DNA from: Octopus bimaculoides
Lineage: Eukaryota
DNA: 39,566 nucleotides
Assembly (NCBI RefSeq): GCF_001194135.2
Contig: NC_068982.1
Span: forward strand, 91,789,114 to 91,828,679
Reading direction: 5' to 3'
Shown here: in pieces, positions 1 through 11,395 of the stretch
Layout: each line of letters opens with the position of its first letter
Position numbering within the stretch: position 1 is the stretch's first letter
Position numbers and translations under genes: made by a program
Notes under the pieces: model-generated
What the model saw: the letters and a program-made list of their open reading frames with translations, nothing else
The model's database searches: none
Told to the model about the DNA's origin: nothing

Positions 1-164
1 TATATACGACGGGCTTCTTTCAGTTTCTGTTAACCAAATCCACTCACAAGGCTCTTTGGTCGGCCCGAGGCTATAGTAGTAGAAGACACTTACCCAAAGT
101 GCCACGCAGTGGGACTGAACCCGGAACCATGTGGTTGGTAAGCAAGCTACTTACCACACACCCA
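1..164 (-). mobile_element. tRNA-derived SINE family A, 5' half (truncated by window start)
   Basis: Reverse complement reads GTGTGGTAAGTAGCTTGCTTACCAACCACATGGTTCCGGGTTCAGTCCCACT (A/B-box-like tRNA head). Homologous to 1874-2000 and 37955-38075. Confidence 0.8.
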
Positions 165-170
165 CTTCTG

Positions 171-172
<2 letters not shown>

Positions 173-224
<52 letters not shown>
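173..224. repeat. (CA)n microsatellite
   Basis: Perfect CA run. Confidence 0.95.
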
Positions 225-226
<2 letters not shown>

Positions 227-857
227 AATTTTTTTGTATCTATGTACACACAAACATACACATAAATATATACATACAAATAAGTGTGCGCGCGCACGTG
301 TATATGTGCACACTCAGACACACACACACACACACACATACGTATGTGGTATGTGAGCACGAGTGTATAAAAAGAGAGAGACGGGGAATATGAAATAGAA
401 AGAAAAAGGGTGAGAAATTCAAGTACACATATTTACATACATGCTAAGACATGAGTGGATACATGCAAGCATCTCCTGATACTTATAATCTCTAGAGGAA
501 CCAGATTTATCACTTTTCTGTTCATTCAATCATACCTTCACCACTCCCAGCCATCAATTCAAACATTTGTAGAGAGAATCCAGAGACTTTTTATATGCAT
601 AGTGGCACACGTATCCCATGGTTTATATATTCTTTATATCAAAAGCTAATTCCACCTCAGCCCCATCCCATTGTATTGCACACATGCTCCTGGCAATAGC
701 ATGCTATCATTTTACAGTCGTGAGTTTTAATAACTGACATAAATCGATATGAGTTTATTCGGATATGTCAGCCATATTACAGTTTAGGCGATAGGAAAAT
801 AGTTTGTTGACACGCGTCTATTGTGATGACTTCCTCCCTGATTTCTAACCGTTGTGA

Positions 858-1005
858 TCCCACTTGGTGATATTTTTATTGTTGTTGTTGTTGTTGTTAC
901 TGCTGCTGCTACGTCTGTGGTTGTGGTGGTTGTTCGTGTTGCTACTATGTTTATGGTTGTAGTAGTAGTAGTAGTAGTAGTTGTTGTTGCTATCGTGGTT
1001 GTCGC
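858..1005. repeat. Compound (GTT)n/(GTA)n/(GCT)n trinucleotide repeat
   Basis: Degenerate gtt/gta/gct runs. Confidence 0.85.
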
Positions 1006-1129
1006 TGCTCTTTTAGTCTCATGTCAACACTGATCGAGCAAAGGTATGATGATCAGACCTGTTGCAGCAGTGACAGCGCAGCATACAGTTTTCAGACGAA
1101 TCTAAATCTGAGAGAAAACACGTGTCCAA

Positions 1130-1330
1130 GTGATTTGGGTGTTGGGTTTACGATCGAAAGGCCGTGGGTACAATTTCTGGAGCGGGTAACGTTGCATGTC
1201 CTTGAGCAAGGCACTTCGTTTCACGTTATTTCAGACTACTCAGAAGAAAGCTGCCGAGAACTGGTGCATCCCTCTTTCGCTTCCAGATGTCACATACTCA
1301 ACACTTCTCTGGATTTAGTGTTGAAGGGAC
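1130..1330 (+). mobile_element. Old SINE remnant (family D) with tccttgagcaaggcactt core
   Basis: tgtccttgagcaaggcacttcgtttcacgtt...ctactcag matches the reverse complement of 8400-8460. Confidence 0.5.
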
Positions 1331-1621
1331 AAGAAGATATCTATGTCTGCTCATGAGTACACAGGCACTTGAAAGCATGGTACATGCTATCAAATCATAC
1401 TCGCTTGTAATGTGATGAATATGGTTTGGTTGGATGATATCTAGTTTTACATTATTTTATGTGCGCTTCCTTTTTCTAACATCATTAAACTGAAGTACGT
1501 TCTGAGCTTTGTTGGTTTCTGGTTTTGTGTTTATGAGATTTTTCAGTCTCATACTTTTGTAATATACTCAAACAGAAAGATTGTGGTTTGTGTTCCGTGT
1601 TATTTTTATCTTTTATGTTTT

Positions 1622-1813
1622 TTTACTTCAGTCACTGAACTGCGGCCATGCTGGAGCACCACATTGAAGGGTTTAGTCAGACAAATCGACCTCAGTACTT
1701 AATTTTAAGTTTAGTACTTATTCTGTCAGGCTCTTTTGCCGAATCGCTAGGTTAAGGGAACGTAAACAAGCCAACATCGGTTGTGAAGTGGTGGAGGGGA
1801 ACACACACTCGCA

Positions 1814-1875
<62 letters not shown>

Positions 1876-2000
1876 AAATTCACTCTCAAATCATTGGTCG
1901 GCCTGGGACTATAGTAGGAGAGATTCGCTCAAGGTGCCACGCTGTGAGATTGAACTCGAGACTAAATCGCTGCAAAGCGAGCTTCTTGACCACACAGCCA
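1622..2000 (-). mobile_element. Near full-length composite SINE family A: tRNA head (1874-2000), internal (TG)n (1800-1874), 3' body and LINE-like tail (1622-1800)
   Basis: Head matches 1-164. The 3' body (ccatgctggagcacc...gacgtaaac) matches 21880-22090. A microsatellite separates the two halves. Confidence 0.8.
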
Positions 2001-2441
2001 TGTCTTATGAGCTTTACTACTTTTGTTTGTTTTTTTTTTTATTTTATGTCCATCCACTTTATAACTAAGGTGCATCTGTAGTTTACGATGCACATTGTAA
2101 CTGTACTTTTTTTAGAGGACCATTTGATTGCTTTGTTCTATTGTGAGGTATATTAATCTGTTAAAATACTAACGTTTCTTTAACACGGATAAGATTTTCA
2201 TATCTAGAGCTTCACGGTTAAGAAAATTTTTTTAAACTCGTCTCAGAAGAGATTTAACTATGAACAATCTATATCTATGTGGTCATTCATGGCATGCATG
2301 TAAAATCATTTAAATCATTTACTAAGATCACGGGCACTAGTGATCGTTAACCTTTCTTTTTCTTTTTTTTAGATAGATAGATAAACTTACTTGGAAATGG
2401 ATGCGTGACGTTCAATCATATAATAATATAAGTAATATATA

Positions 2442-3310
2442 TAGGGTGCGATGGGTAAATTGTCGCCTTTTCATATCTTATTTCGCACGTGCGCATTGTG
2501 TGTTTTTGATTTTGTCAACTACACAGTATAGTAGGGTCGGTTGGGCACCGCCTGTGACAAAAAAACAACATCATGATGCAATTCACTCAGCCGGACATTT
2601 GGAAACGACATGCTGTACTGCTTGACATTCGCACCGGAAGCTTCAATACGAACATTTCAGAGTGTTAGGATGTCAATCTGAGGACTGCAATTTGAGGACG
2701 TGTACCGAGAGTGATAAAAATGAAACATCCAGTCAACACCAGGTTATTTGACGTGATCACTAGTGATGGTGACGTTATACATCCTTTCATCTTCCCACAC
2801 AGGCTAAGACTCAACACGGAGGCCTACATCAAGTGCCTGGAGGAAGTAGTGCTACTCTGGGTCAAGAGGGTGGCTGCTGGAAGTCCCTATGCCTGGCAAC
2901 AGGACTCTGAACCATGTCACACAAGCAGGAGAACCCAGTCATTGTTGTCAGACAATTTCTGCGACCACATCACCCCTAGCATCTGACCACCTAACTCCCC
3001 ATACTTCAACCTCCTTGATTATTATGTGTGGGGCACAGTTGAGCGAGAGAGACCAACAAAACTCCTTGTAACACCAAAGATGAATCGAAGGCTAGGATTA
3101 TGGCAGCATTCACCAGCTTAAACAAGGAGACGGTCCAGAAGAATTGTAGGAGATTTCGAAGTCGTCTGGAGGCCATGACTGAAGCCAATGATGATTTTAT
3201 TGAGTAAATTTACTCTTTTGTACTTCAAGATATTTTTATGTAATTTTGGTGAATATATCTGTTAAAATGAGATGTCAGTGTTATTTTCATTTTTGCATAA
3301 TTCAGACGAC
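2442..3310 (+). mobile_element. Internally deleted Tc1/mariner element, maT (DD37D) type, with transposase pseudogene remnant (about 2700-3207)
   Basis: Starts TA-GGGTGCGATGGGTAAATTGTCG. Translation shows WQQDSEPCH...*PPNSPYFNLLDYYVWG with 37 residues between the 2nd and 3rd Asp. Premature TGA at the conserved Trp. First-Asp region is absent and the 3' TIR is truncated (gacgaca only). Confidence 0.8.
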
Positions 3311-3316
3311 ATATAT

Positions 3317-3578
3317 ATCCAAAATTTGGGAATGGAGTTGATAAAATCTAGGCTACATATGTTTCATGGCTAGTAGAAACTCGGAAGCAATAATTATCCA
3401 AACGAGGGGTGATCCGCTAGCCACTCGTCGAGTCAAAGAAACCTTAATCAAAAGAAGTTTATACTGTGTCAAGAGATGCCATGCTGACTCGCAGGAGATT
3501 CGATCGAAAATGTGAGATTCTGGTAGCTATCAAACATATGTAGCCTGGATTTTATCTACTCCATTCACTAATTTTGGA
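3317..3578. mobile_element. MITE-like foldback with about 60-bp imperfect terminal inverted repeats
   Basis: atccaaaatttgggaatggagttgataaaatctaggctacatatgttt (from 3317) is inverted relative to aaacatatgtagcctggatttatctactccattcactaattttggat (to 3578). Confidence 0.7.
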
Positions 3579-3783
3579 TTTCTATTCGCATACACAGCAA
3601 CCCCTGCTGCTAACTATAAGCTATAAAACAAGTTTTTCAGCTTATCGAACTTCGATTCAGGAAAAATTTACAACCGTCTACGTCAACAAACCACTATTGG
3701 TCCTGAAAGTTGTTTTTTTATACCTTATACGGACTGCTCGAAGCTTACTATCTCCTTATACTTTGATCCTTGGATCTTACCTT

Positions 3784-3819
<36 letters not shown>

Positions 3820-3822
<3 letters not shown>

Positions 3823-3992
3823 GAATTTACAAAAAAAAAAACAAAAGACGAAGACGGGTGTGTAAACAATAAACAAATGTATTAGTTTAACGCTCGGGAA
3901 GTGAGAAAGTCTTTTACGTTTCGAGCCTACGCTCATCAACAGAAAGGAACACAGAAATAAACAGAGAGAGAAAATAGAAAAAGGTTTAGTGG
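3820..3992 (-). mobile_element. Solo Penelope-like pseudo-LTR / 3' end fragment
   Basis: Contains a hammerhead-like motif (3911-3946) in a pyrimidine-rich tail, flanked by (TA)n on both sides, as is typical of PLE 3' ends. Confidence 0.6.
3911..3946 (-). ncRNA. Minimal type I hammerhead-ribozyme-like motif (variant core)
   Basis: Minus strand: CUUU-CUGUUGA-U-GAGC-GUAG-GCUC-GAAAC-GUA-AAAG, giving stem I CUUU/AAAG, stem II GAGC/GCUC, and palindromic AC-GU in place of a stem III hairpin. Core differs from CUGANGA at A6 (U). Confidence 0.55.
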
Positions 3993-4011
3993 CTATATAT
4001 ATATATACATA

Positions 4012-5334
4012 CTGGGGTTAGACAAAATAATGGAAACACCTAGCATCATAACATCATAATTTTGAAATATCTATAAAAACGTCAAAAGCTTGTTTATGTT
4101 TATGTTTATGTTTTTTGATTTATTGTTAGTATTGCTTAATACGTTTTGCTAAAATTGCTGTTTGTTTTCGGATATCATCAGAAAAAGGTAATTAAAATTC
4201 ATTAAAATGACAGATCTATCGAACTTTCAAAGAGGTCAAACTGTTGGTGTTCGTATGGCAGGCATTTGCGTAACAAAAAACAGCCGAAATATTTGGTGTC
4301 TTGAAAGTAATGACAGCCTTTGAGAAAGAGGAAAAAAAAACCCTCGTCGAAACAAAACTCCGCAAGAAAACCAAAACTTTCAGATAGGGACTGTCGGACT
4401 GTCGAATTGTAAGACAGGATCACAAAAGTACAGCTCCCAAAATTACTGCAGAGCTTACTGACCACGTCGAGAACCCAGTTTCCACAAAAACTGTTCGCCG
4501 GGAGCTGCACAAAGCCGGATTTAACGACAGGGCTGCAATCAGAAGACCACTACTTTCAAATACAAACGTTGCAAGTGTTTAAAGTGGAGTAAAATCCTAC
4601 AGAATTGGTCCCTAGAGCAGTGGAAGAATGTTATTTTCTCGGATGAGTCATCTTTTACCTTGTTTCCGACCACCGGCCGAATATACATGTGTAGACGGCC
4701 AAAAGAAGCATTTGACCCAGACTACCTTCTTCCAACTGTTAAACATGGAGGAGGATCTGTGATNNNNNNNNNNNNNNNNNNNNNNNNNNNNNNNNNNNNN
4801 NNNNNNNNNNNNNNNNNNNNNNNNNNNNNNNNNNNNNNNNNNNNNNNNNNNNNNNNNNNNNNNNNNNNNNNNNNNNNNNNNNNNNNNNNNNNNNNNNNNN
4901 NNNNNNNNNNNNNNNNNNNNNNNNNNCATCCTATGGTTGCGAAACTGTTTCCGGAGAGAAACGCAATCTTTCAGGATGATAATGCACCAATTCACACAGC
5001 TGAAGTTGTTACTGAATGGCACGAGGAACATTCTAGTGAAATTGAACATCATATCTGGCCACCACAGTCCCCAGATCTCAATATCATTGAACATTTATGG
5101 TGCATTTTAGATAAACAAGTAAAGAGTCGATATCCTCCACCATCATCAATACAAGAACTGGAGACTGTTTTAACTGAAGAATAGACAAAAATTCCTTTGG
5201 AAACAATTCCAACTTTGTACGAGTGCATACCTCGTAGAATTCAAGCTGTAATTACTGCCAAAGGCAGTCCTACCCCATATTAAAATAATTTTTTTGAAAT
5301 TTTAAGGTGTTTCCATTATTTTGTCCAACCCCAA
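4012..5334 (+). mobile_element. Full-length Tc1-like DNA transposon, DD36E (Incomer-like), 1323 bp
   Basis: 30-bp TIRs CTGGGGTTAGACAAAATAATGGAAACACCT (4012-4041) and AGGTGTTTCCATTATTTTGTCCAACCCCAA (5305-5334), 2 mismatches. TA on both sides (4010-4011, 5335-5336). Confidence 0.9.
4207..5283 (+). pseudogene. Tc1 transposase pseudogene, DD36E triad
   Basis: MTDLSNFQRGQ start. Motifs VIFSDES, FQDDNAPIH and WPPQSPDLNIIE, with 36 residues between D(N) and E. Frameshifts in the 5' part, premature TAG at 5182-5184, N-gap 4764-4926. Confidence 0.85.
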
Positions 5335-5479
5335 TATATACTAGGTTCAGGAAAAAGCTCGTGCGCCGTGTTAAAATAATGAACTGAATGAACACACACA
5401 CCACAAAAACATATCTTAAAAAGCATTATTTTAACACGGGGCACGAACTTTTTCCTCGACAATATCATCTCAGCCAAAC

Positions 5480-7410
5480 AATAACTAATGAGAAAAGAGT
5501 TTGTATGTGGGATACGATATCTTGGAGAGGCATGCTGACCCAATTTTAATCAAAGAAAACGTGGATGTTGCTGACCCAACAGCAAAGATGGAATTTAGAT
5601 TACAAGAAAGCATTCAAATCTATTTCCCACATAGAGGTCCTTAAACTTGCTGAAATTCAAACAACCGTAATCAAGGCTACAGACAACCAATCTCGTTTTA
5701 TCCTGCGTCACCATTCTGAGGGTTAAATACAGGAACTCGTTTTATTGTCTTTGGCAGGCTAAAGTGACGCGAAGGTGTATTTCAGCGAGACATTTTCTGT
5801 TCGTTATTGTTTATACTTGTAGTGAACCACTTATACTTCCTGTAGTAGAAATCCATGTGTAAGGAACTATCTATATTGTTAAAGAACTATATGTCATTGA
5901 TTCATAGGAGACTAGAAATACCAACCTGATACACAGATTCTTTGTGGACGATCTGTAGCTATTCGCCATAAACTAAAAGTTTTATTAAAAAGAGCGTTAT
6001 CAAAAGACATAGTGATAGACTTGGACCAAAATGGATGCTCCAGCTTGATTATAAAACGAGGGAAAATATCTATAGACCATTCCGGCGACCTTTCTGTCAA
6101 TGTCCTGAAAATTTCTCCTGTACCTACTAAGACAAAGAACGCAGCGGGATACTAAAGGTATAACGGCATTTGTAATAAGGAACGCATAACCGGGGAATAT
6201 TGCACCCAGATGAAATGAAGTATAGTCCACGAATTTCTGTGCATAATAAATCAATCAAGATATTTTTCTGTATTAATTCTCTTACAAGCATGTGGGTTGC
6301 TTCAGATTCGAGTTATTCATGTTAGAAACCGAAACTTACCAGGAGAAATTTCCACTTTAATAATGATATTGACTATCTCTATCTATAATAAAAACATGAA
6401 TGAAGAGGCATAACATCAACCTAAACATTCTTTGAATGTCGTATAATATACATTCGACAGCATCTACAAAACAGCAAGCGCTGAAGTGCATCCCTCGATT
6501 AAGTTTATATTCACGAGTATCATGGGTGTTGTAAAGGAACTTCACACTAAGTATTTCCTGTCTGATGACCAAGAATACATACCCACGAAAAGCTGCGCGT
6601 TTTTACAGCGACAGAACATCAAATAAATGTTTTATCGCCTTATCAGCAAGTCATGCACGAATTGTTAGAAAGCTTTAAAGAGAAAACATGAATAACCAGA
6701 GTAGTCTACCTTGGATCAATAACCAGTACATCAGCGGTCGCTTCGAGAAATATGCTTTTGCAATCCAAGAACAAGAAATAACAAGAAAATACCTGATTCA
6801 CACAAAGGATAGGGATGCTGGTAGGGCGCTGAAATGTGAAAACCAATCCAGACTGTTAAATTAGTGCCAAAAGTGAGGCCAACATCATAAGCAACTCTTT
6901 GTAAAATGTTAATCATGATGCTATCTACTTTTAAGAGGCAAAAATCACTGTACAATGCAATTCGTTGCTTGGTAAATCCTGAACATAAAAAATATAAAGA
7001 GAATGCAGTAATGTGGAAGGCAGCCACGTTTATAATAAGAAAGAAACTAGTAAAATGTTCCTGTCAAAAACTTCCGTAAATAAACGAACACTCAGCAAAG
7101 CAGAACTAATTATCTGGGACTGAGAAAAGAAAGCGTGCGCAGTAGTAGGAATTGGTTGTTCAACTAGCATTAACATAAATGATAAAATAAAAAATAAAAG
7201 AAAACATCTGTGTTGGATAAATGAGAAACTGGACTATAACTTCAAATTTATACCTGCGGTTATTGGGGTAGATGGTCATGTAATTAATCGTCACTGCACC
7301 AACCTTGAAACGCTGGGTCTTCCAAGGCCGGCGGGACACCGCTAGTTAAGAAATTACAATTACAAACTAATAATGGAATTGTGAAAATATGTAAAATATT
7401 TCTGGAGTGG
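5480..7410 (+). mobile_element. Decayed non-LTR retrotransposon with restriction-like endonuclease (R4/Dong-like, R2 group)
   Basis: DYKKAFKSISH (about 5597), RT core FFVDDL (5938-5955), FEKYAFAIQEQEITRKYL (about 6742), and a C-terminal segment resembling the PD-(D/E)xK domain ending FKFIPAVIGVDG...LVKKLQ. Many stops and frameshifts. Confidence 0.7.
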
Positions 7411-8142
7411 CCTGGTGAAGATATACACATATACAGACATAATAACGTTTGTACTTGTAGACATACATATAAGCCAAAACATACAGATCACTACATTCAG
7501 TGACATGCTTACATATATATTTCACGGTTGCAGTTGCGTTGATGGATTCAGCAGGTTTGTGTTCCAGTAGACGTGTGTATGTAGATAAAGGAAAAAACAG
7601 AAAACCAGGAGGATTAGATGCGATGCTTTATTCAACTCGTTAAAAAGCAAAGTTGATGGAATACACCTTGAAAGATACTGTCAGAAAATATACATACGGT
7701 TTCGCATGCATTTGGTGCATGGTGATATATGCGATATAGAAAATGAAAACAAATACATGACATGGTTTCTGCTGGAAGAAGAAACAGGGGTACGCGTCGA
7801 AGGCTACCTCCGACTGCCTACGAAACACACTTTCTCTTTGCCGAGATCCGAAGTCGACCTCGTTAACCCACCTCACTGAAGAAATAGTGAGAAAATTTCT
7901 CTTTGTATAGCCGACGGTGGGTTCCAGCGAATAGACATAAATTTCCCGCGCTCGGCTGGTCTGTCATGTAATGGGATGAGAGCTAGCGTAAAGCTAGAAG
8001 GGTTAGATCGATGTATAACCCCTAGCGTGACCAGGTCATGTGACCACTTGTAGAAAACAAGTGTATGCAGTGATATGCACCTATTTAAAGGTAAACATGC
8101 AAACTGTGAACTTGCTACACATATATAAGTATACAGGTAAAT

Positions 8143-8215
8143 ACATACATACATACATACATACATACATACATACATACATACATACATACATACATAC
8201 ATGCATGCATGCATG
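8143..8215. repeat. (TACA)n microsatellite
   Basis: Perfect tetranucleotide run. Confidence 0.95.
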
Positions 8216-8289
8216 AATTTGTTTAGCTAGCTGTCACCTGGGAATGAGTATGGCAAGCTAACTCTACGATGCTTTCGCTAATTGCTTTA

Positions 8290-8462
8290 GGTGACTATGT
8301 AGCCGCGAGCAGACACAGAAACCCTCTTGACTATCCCTTTAATCCAGCGATGCATCCAGGATATGACAGCTGGAGGAAGAAAGAGCACTCAAGTGATGCT
8401 CATTTTCAGCTGAGTAGATTAGAACAACGTGAAATGAATTGTTTTGCTCAAGGACACAACAG
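8290..8462 (-). mobile_element. Old SINE remnant (family D)
   Basis: Reverse complement gttgtgtccttgagcaaaacaattcatttcacgttgttctaatctactcagctg is homologous to 1190-1245. Confidence 0.5.
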
Positions 8463-9598
8463 TGGTAGCGTCAGCGTCTGTTGCTTTGATGCGGAGGAAG
8501 TATTTTTCATAGCTTCTGAAGGCACTGTATTCTATGCGCCAGTGTATACTTGTTGCTGAAGTGTGATGCAGACCAGCTGATATAAAAGTTGTCAATATTG
8601 TAGTCTTTCAAGTAGTGTTTATGGCTTCAAAATGCATTGTTTTTCTTGTCTGCATATTTTAATTTAAACTTATAGATGAACTACTTACTATAAATCTACC
8701 TCTAAACATTTCGATACGTGTTGTATGTTTCCAGTGACTAACACCGTAGCTCGATAAATCGTAGAATCATCTTTGCACAAATTCCCGAGGAGACATAACT
8801 CTTTATTTTGACAGTTTCAACTATCCACCAAGGTTAGCAAGATTATTCAAAGCACTTCCTACAGAATTAGTTACCGAGTTTTATGGTTTATTCCGTGGTT
8901 TGGTATGCCTATTAGGTGATTTGGAGCGCATAGTTCCTGAGATAATGTTCCCCTTCTCTATTATGCAACTATAGTTAGCCTTGAAATTTTACCAGTTAAA
9001 AGACTGGAATATTGTGTACTATGGAAAAATTTCTGGATCGAGTTAAGCAAATTTTGGCAATATTGGATTTCACATTAAAGTTATTTGGAGGGTTGAACCA
9101 ACGTGAAACAGGGAGAGAGAGAAAAAATGAGAAACAAAAGTCTGAGCAGTTCTGTTAGAGACCTGGGTTGCCTGTGCGTCATGTCCTCCCACACGACTTC
9201 GACCTTGCCGATATTGGAAAAGAAATGCAGTACATCCGTACATTATTACTTAAATCAATTCTTTTTTTTCTTTTTAATTCAGTTTCATAGACATGTTCAA
9301 ACTCATCAGCTATTCGCCAACTGCAATGAAAAAGTGTAATGTTGATGATTTAGCTTTATTTAAATAAACAGCAATCGAATATTGATGATCAATATACTTC
9401 ATACATTTTATTTCGTCGATATCCAGATACAAGTCTTTGTCTGCTGTTATGTTAGTAACTTGGCTAAATAATATTTCAACTCTTCAAAGATGAAGGGCTA
9501 ATTTCAGATGTAAACCCTTTGCAATCATACAATTGGTAGTGAAACAGATGAGCTGTTGTATTTACTTAATCTTTGTGATAATATTTATATACTTTGAT

Positions 9599-9786
9599 AA
9601 GGCGACGAGCTGGCAGAATCGTTAGTGCGCCGGACAAAATACTTAGCGACATTCTATCCGTCTTTGGATTCTGGGTTCAAATTCCGCTGAGATCACCTTT
9701 GCTTTTCATCTTATCATGGTCGATAAAATAAGTACCATTTAAGCACGGGAGTCGATGTAATCGACTTACCCCCTCCCAATTTCAGG
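9599..9786 (+). mobile_element. tRNA-derived SINE family B (Nin/Deu-domain-like body)
   Basis: GGCGACGAGCTGGCAGAATCG head, GGTTCAAATTCC B-box, body tttcatc..ggtcgataaaataagtacc. Homologous to 10064-10243 and 13670-13900. Confidence 0.8.
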
Positions 9787-10063
9787 TATATATATTTATA
9801 TACTTCAATTTGTCGATAAATTTTGTGGAAGAATTGGTCTTTTGAGATGCAGAAGACTAACATCAGTGACCTGGTCGTAAACGAGCGACAAAATTTTTAG
9901 GTATTTTATAGTATTATACAATTCTATACGAAAACAAAACTTGAGTGTTACAGTATATATGTGTGTTTTAAAAGGCCACGATGTAATTGTTTCGCCTCTA
10001 AATCACAGCATACCGTTCTTCTGAAAGCAAGAGGAGATTTCTTTTTTCTCCCTTTGCAATATT

Positions 10064-10243
10064 GGTTTCAGTTTTTGACACAAGGCCAACAATTTCGGGG
10101 GAGGGGCTTAGTCGATTATATCGACTCCAGTACTCAATTGGTACATATTTTATTGACTCCTAAAGGATGAAAGGCAAAGTCGACCTCGGCGGAATTTGAA
10201 CTCAGATGGACAAAATGCCGCTAAGCGTTTTTCCTGGTGTTTA
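10064..10243 (-). mobile_element. tRNA-derived SINE family B, inverted relative to 9599-9786
   Basis: Reverse complement gagttcaaattccgccgaggtcgactttgcctttcatcc...gtcgatataatcgact. Confidence 0.8.
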
Positions 10244-10314
10244 CATACATACAAAAATACCCTGTTAATGTCAAATTGCAATGAAGGAGTCTTTGATGTA
10301 GGTTAGAAACCGGC

Positions 10315-10330
10315 TCTCTCTCTCTCTCTA

Positions 10331-10375
<45 letters not shown>

Positions 10376-10376
10376 T

Positions 10377-10428
<52 letters not shown>

Positions 10429-10569
10429 CTTCTATCTCTCTCTTTTGGCTAGAAATCTTTAAATAAAACTGAATGATCACACACACACACACACACACAT
10501 AATACATACATAAACACATACATGTATATACATACATAAACACATACATGTATATACATACATAATACA

Positions 10570-10621
<52 letters not shown>
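10315..10621. repeat. Compound (CT)n, (CA/CATA)n and (TG)n microsatellite cluster
   Basis: Direct inspection. Confidence 0.9.
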
Positions 10622-10623
<2 letters not shown>

Positions 10624-10664
10624 GCCTTCTTCTGCAATATTATTACAGCTAAGGCTTTATATAC

Positions 10665-10950
10665 TCCTTGCAAGCCGATAATAGGTTTCTTCTTGTAGGA
10701 GTTTGCTGCTTCTTTGGTCTTGCAGATTATGATGATTCCTCCTCATGTTTCTGGTTCTCTCAGTAAATTATTAAATATGTCTGTTAATACCTTCCCTCTA
10801 TCTATTAGATATTTCCACCAAAATTTCTGAATTCTTTAAGGTGTCTTGCAGTTGTTCAGTGTTTGTAGCGTCTGAACTCCTTCTTGAGTTGTTATTGCTT
10901 ACAGCTGTCCGCCAATATTGACGACAACATTGTGTTCTAGGTGTCTTATC
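10665..10950 (-). mobile_element. R4/Dong-like LINE RT N-terminal remnant
   Basis: Minus-strand translation FWWKYLIDRGKVLTDIFNNLLREPET...KTKEAANSYKKKPIIGL resembles FWxKxL...NYRPITCL of this group. Confidence 0.4.
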
Positions 10951-11186
10951 TTACATTTTGTAAGTTGATAGATAGGAAAACAATCCGGTCCTGGAATGGC
11001 ATGTCCTTGAACACAGATGACAAGGGAAGTTGCCCATTATGCTGATGGTGAGTCTGAGATGATGTTAACGTCTCTTTTCCTCAAGTTTCTTACGTCGGAT
11101 TAGTTCAAAGTGTACAGTTCCTTCCCAACATTGTTCAAGCGCTACATTTGTTGTTTTAAACATTCTCATTAATGGTAATCCCTGCC

Positions 11187-11353
11187 CACTAGCGTAGCGA
11201 CAGTGTGTGCCGCCCGGGGTGGATCTTCCGTTTGCGCCTCCAGACCCCACAAAAAAACACATTTCCTACAGCAGACCCAAATGTAGTGCCCCTTTAAAAG
11301 TGCCGCTCGGAGGGGGGGTCTACCCCTACCACCCCCACCTAGCTATGCTAGTG
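11187..11353. mobile_element. hAT-type MITE, 167 bp
   Basis: 12-bp TIR CACTAGCGTAGC / GCTATGCTAGTG (1 mismatch). 8-bp TSD tccctgcc (11179-11186) / tccctacc (11354-11361). Confidence 0.85.
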
Positions 11354-11395
11354 TCCCTACCTTCCAATTTTTTTCTACTTGTCTTAGTGCTGGAA

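Noticed and set aside
1021-1356. 111-aa ORF
   Set aside because: Overlaps an old SINE remnant; no domain or splice support.
7873-8559. 113-aa and 96-aa ORFs
   Set aside because: Begin in the (TACA)n repeat or lie within a SINE remnant; no protein motifs.
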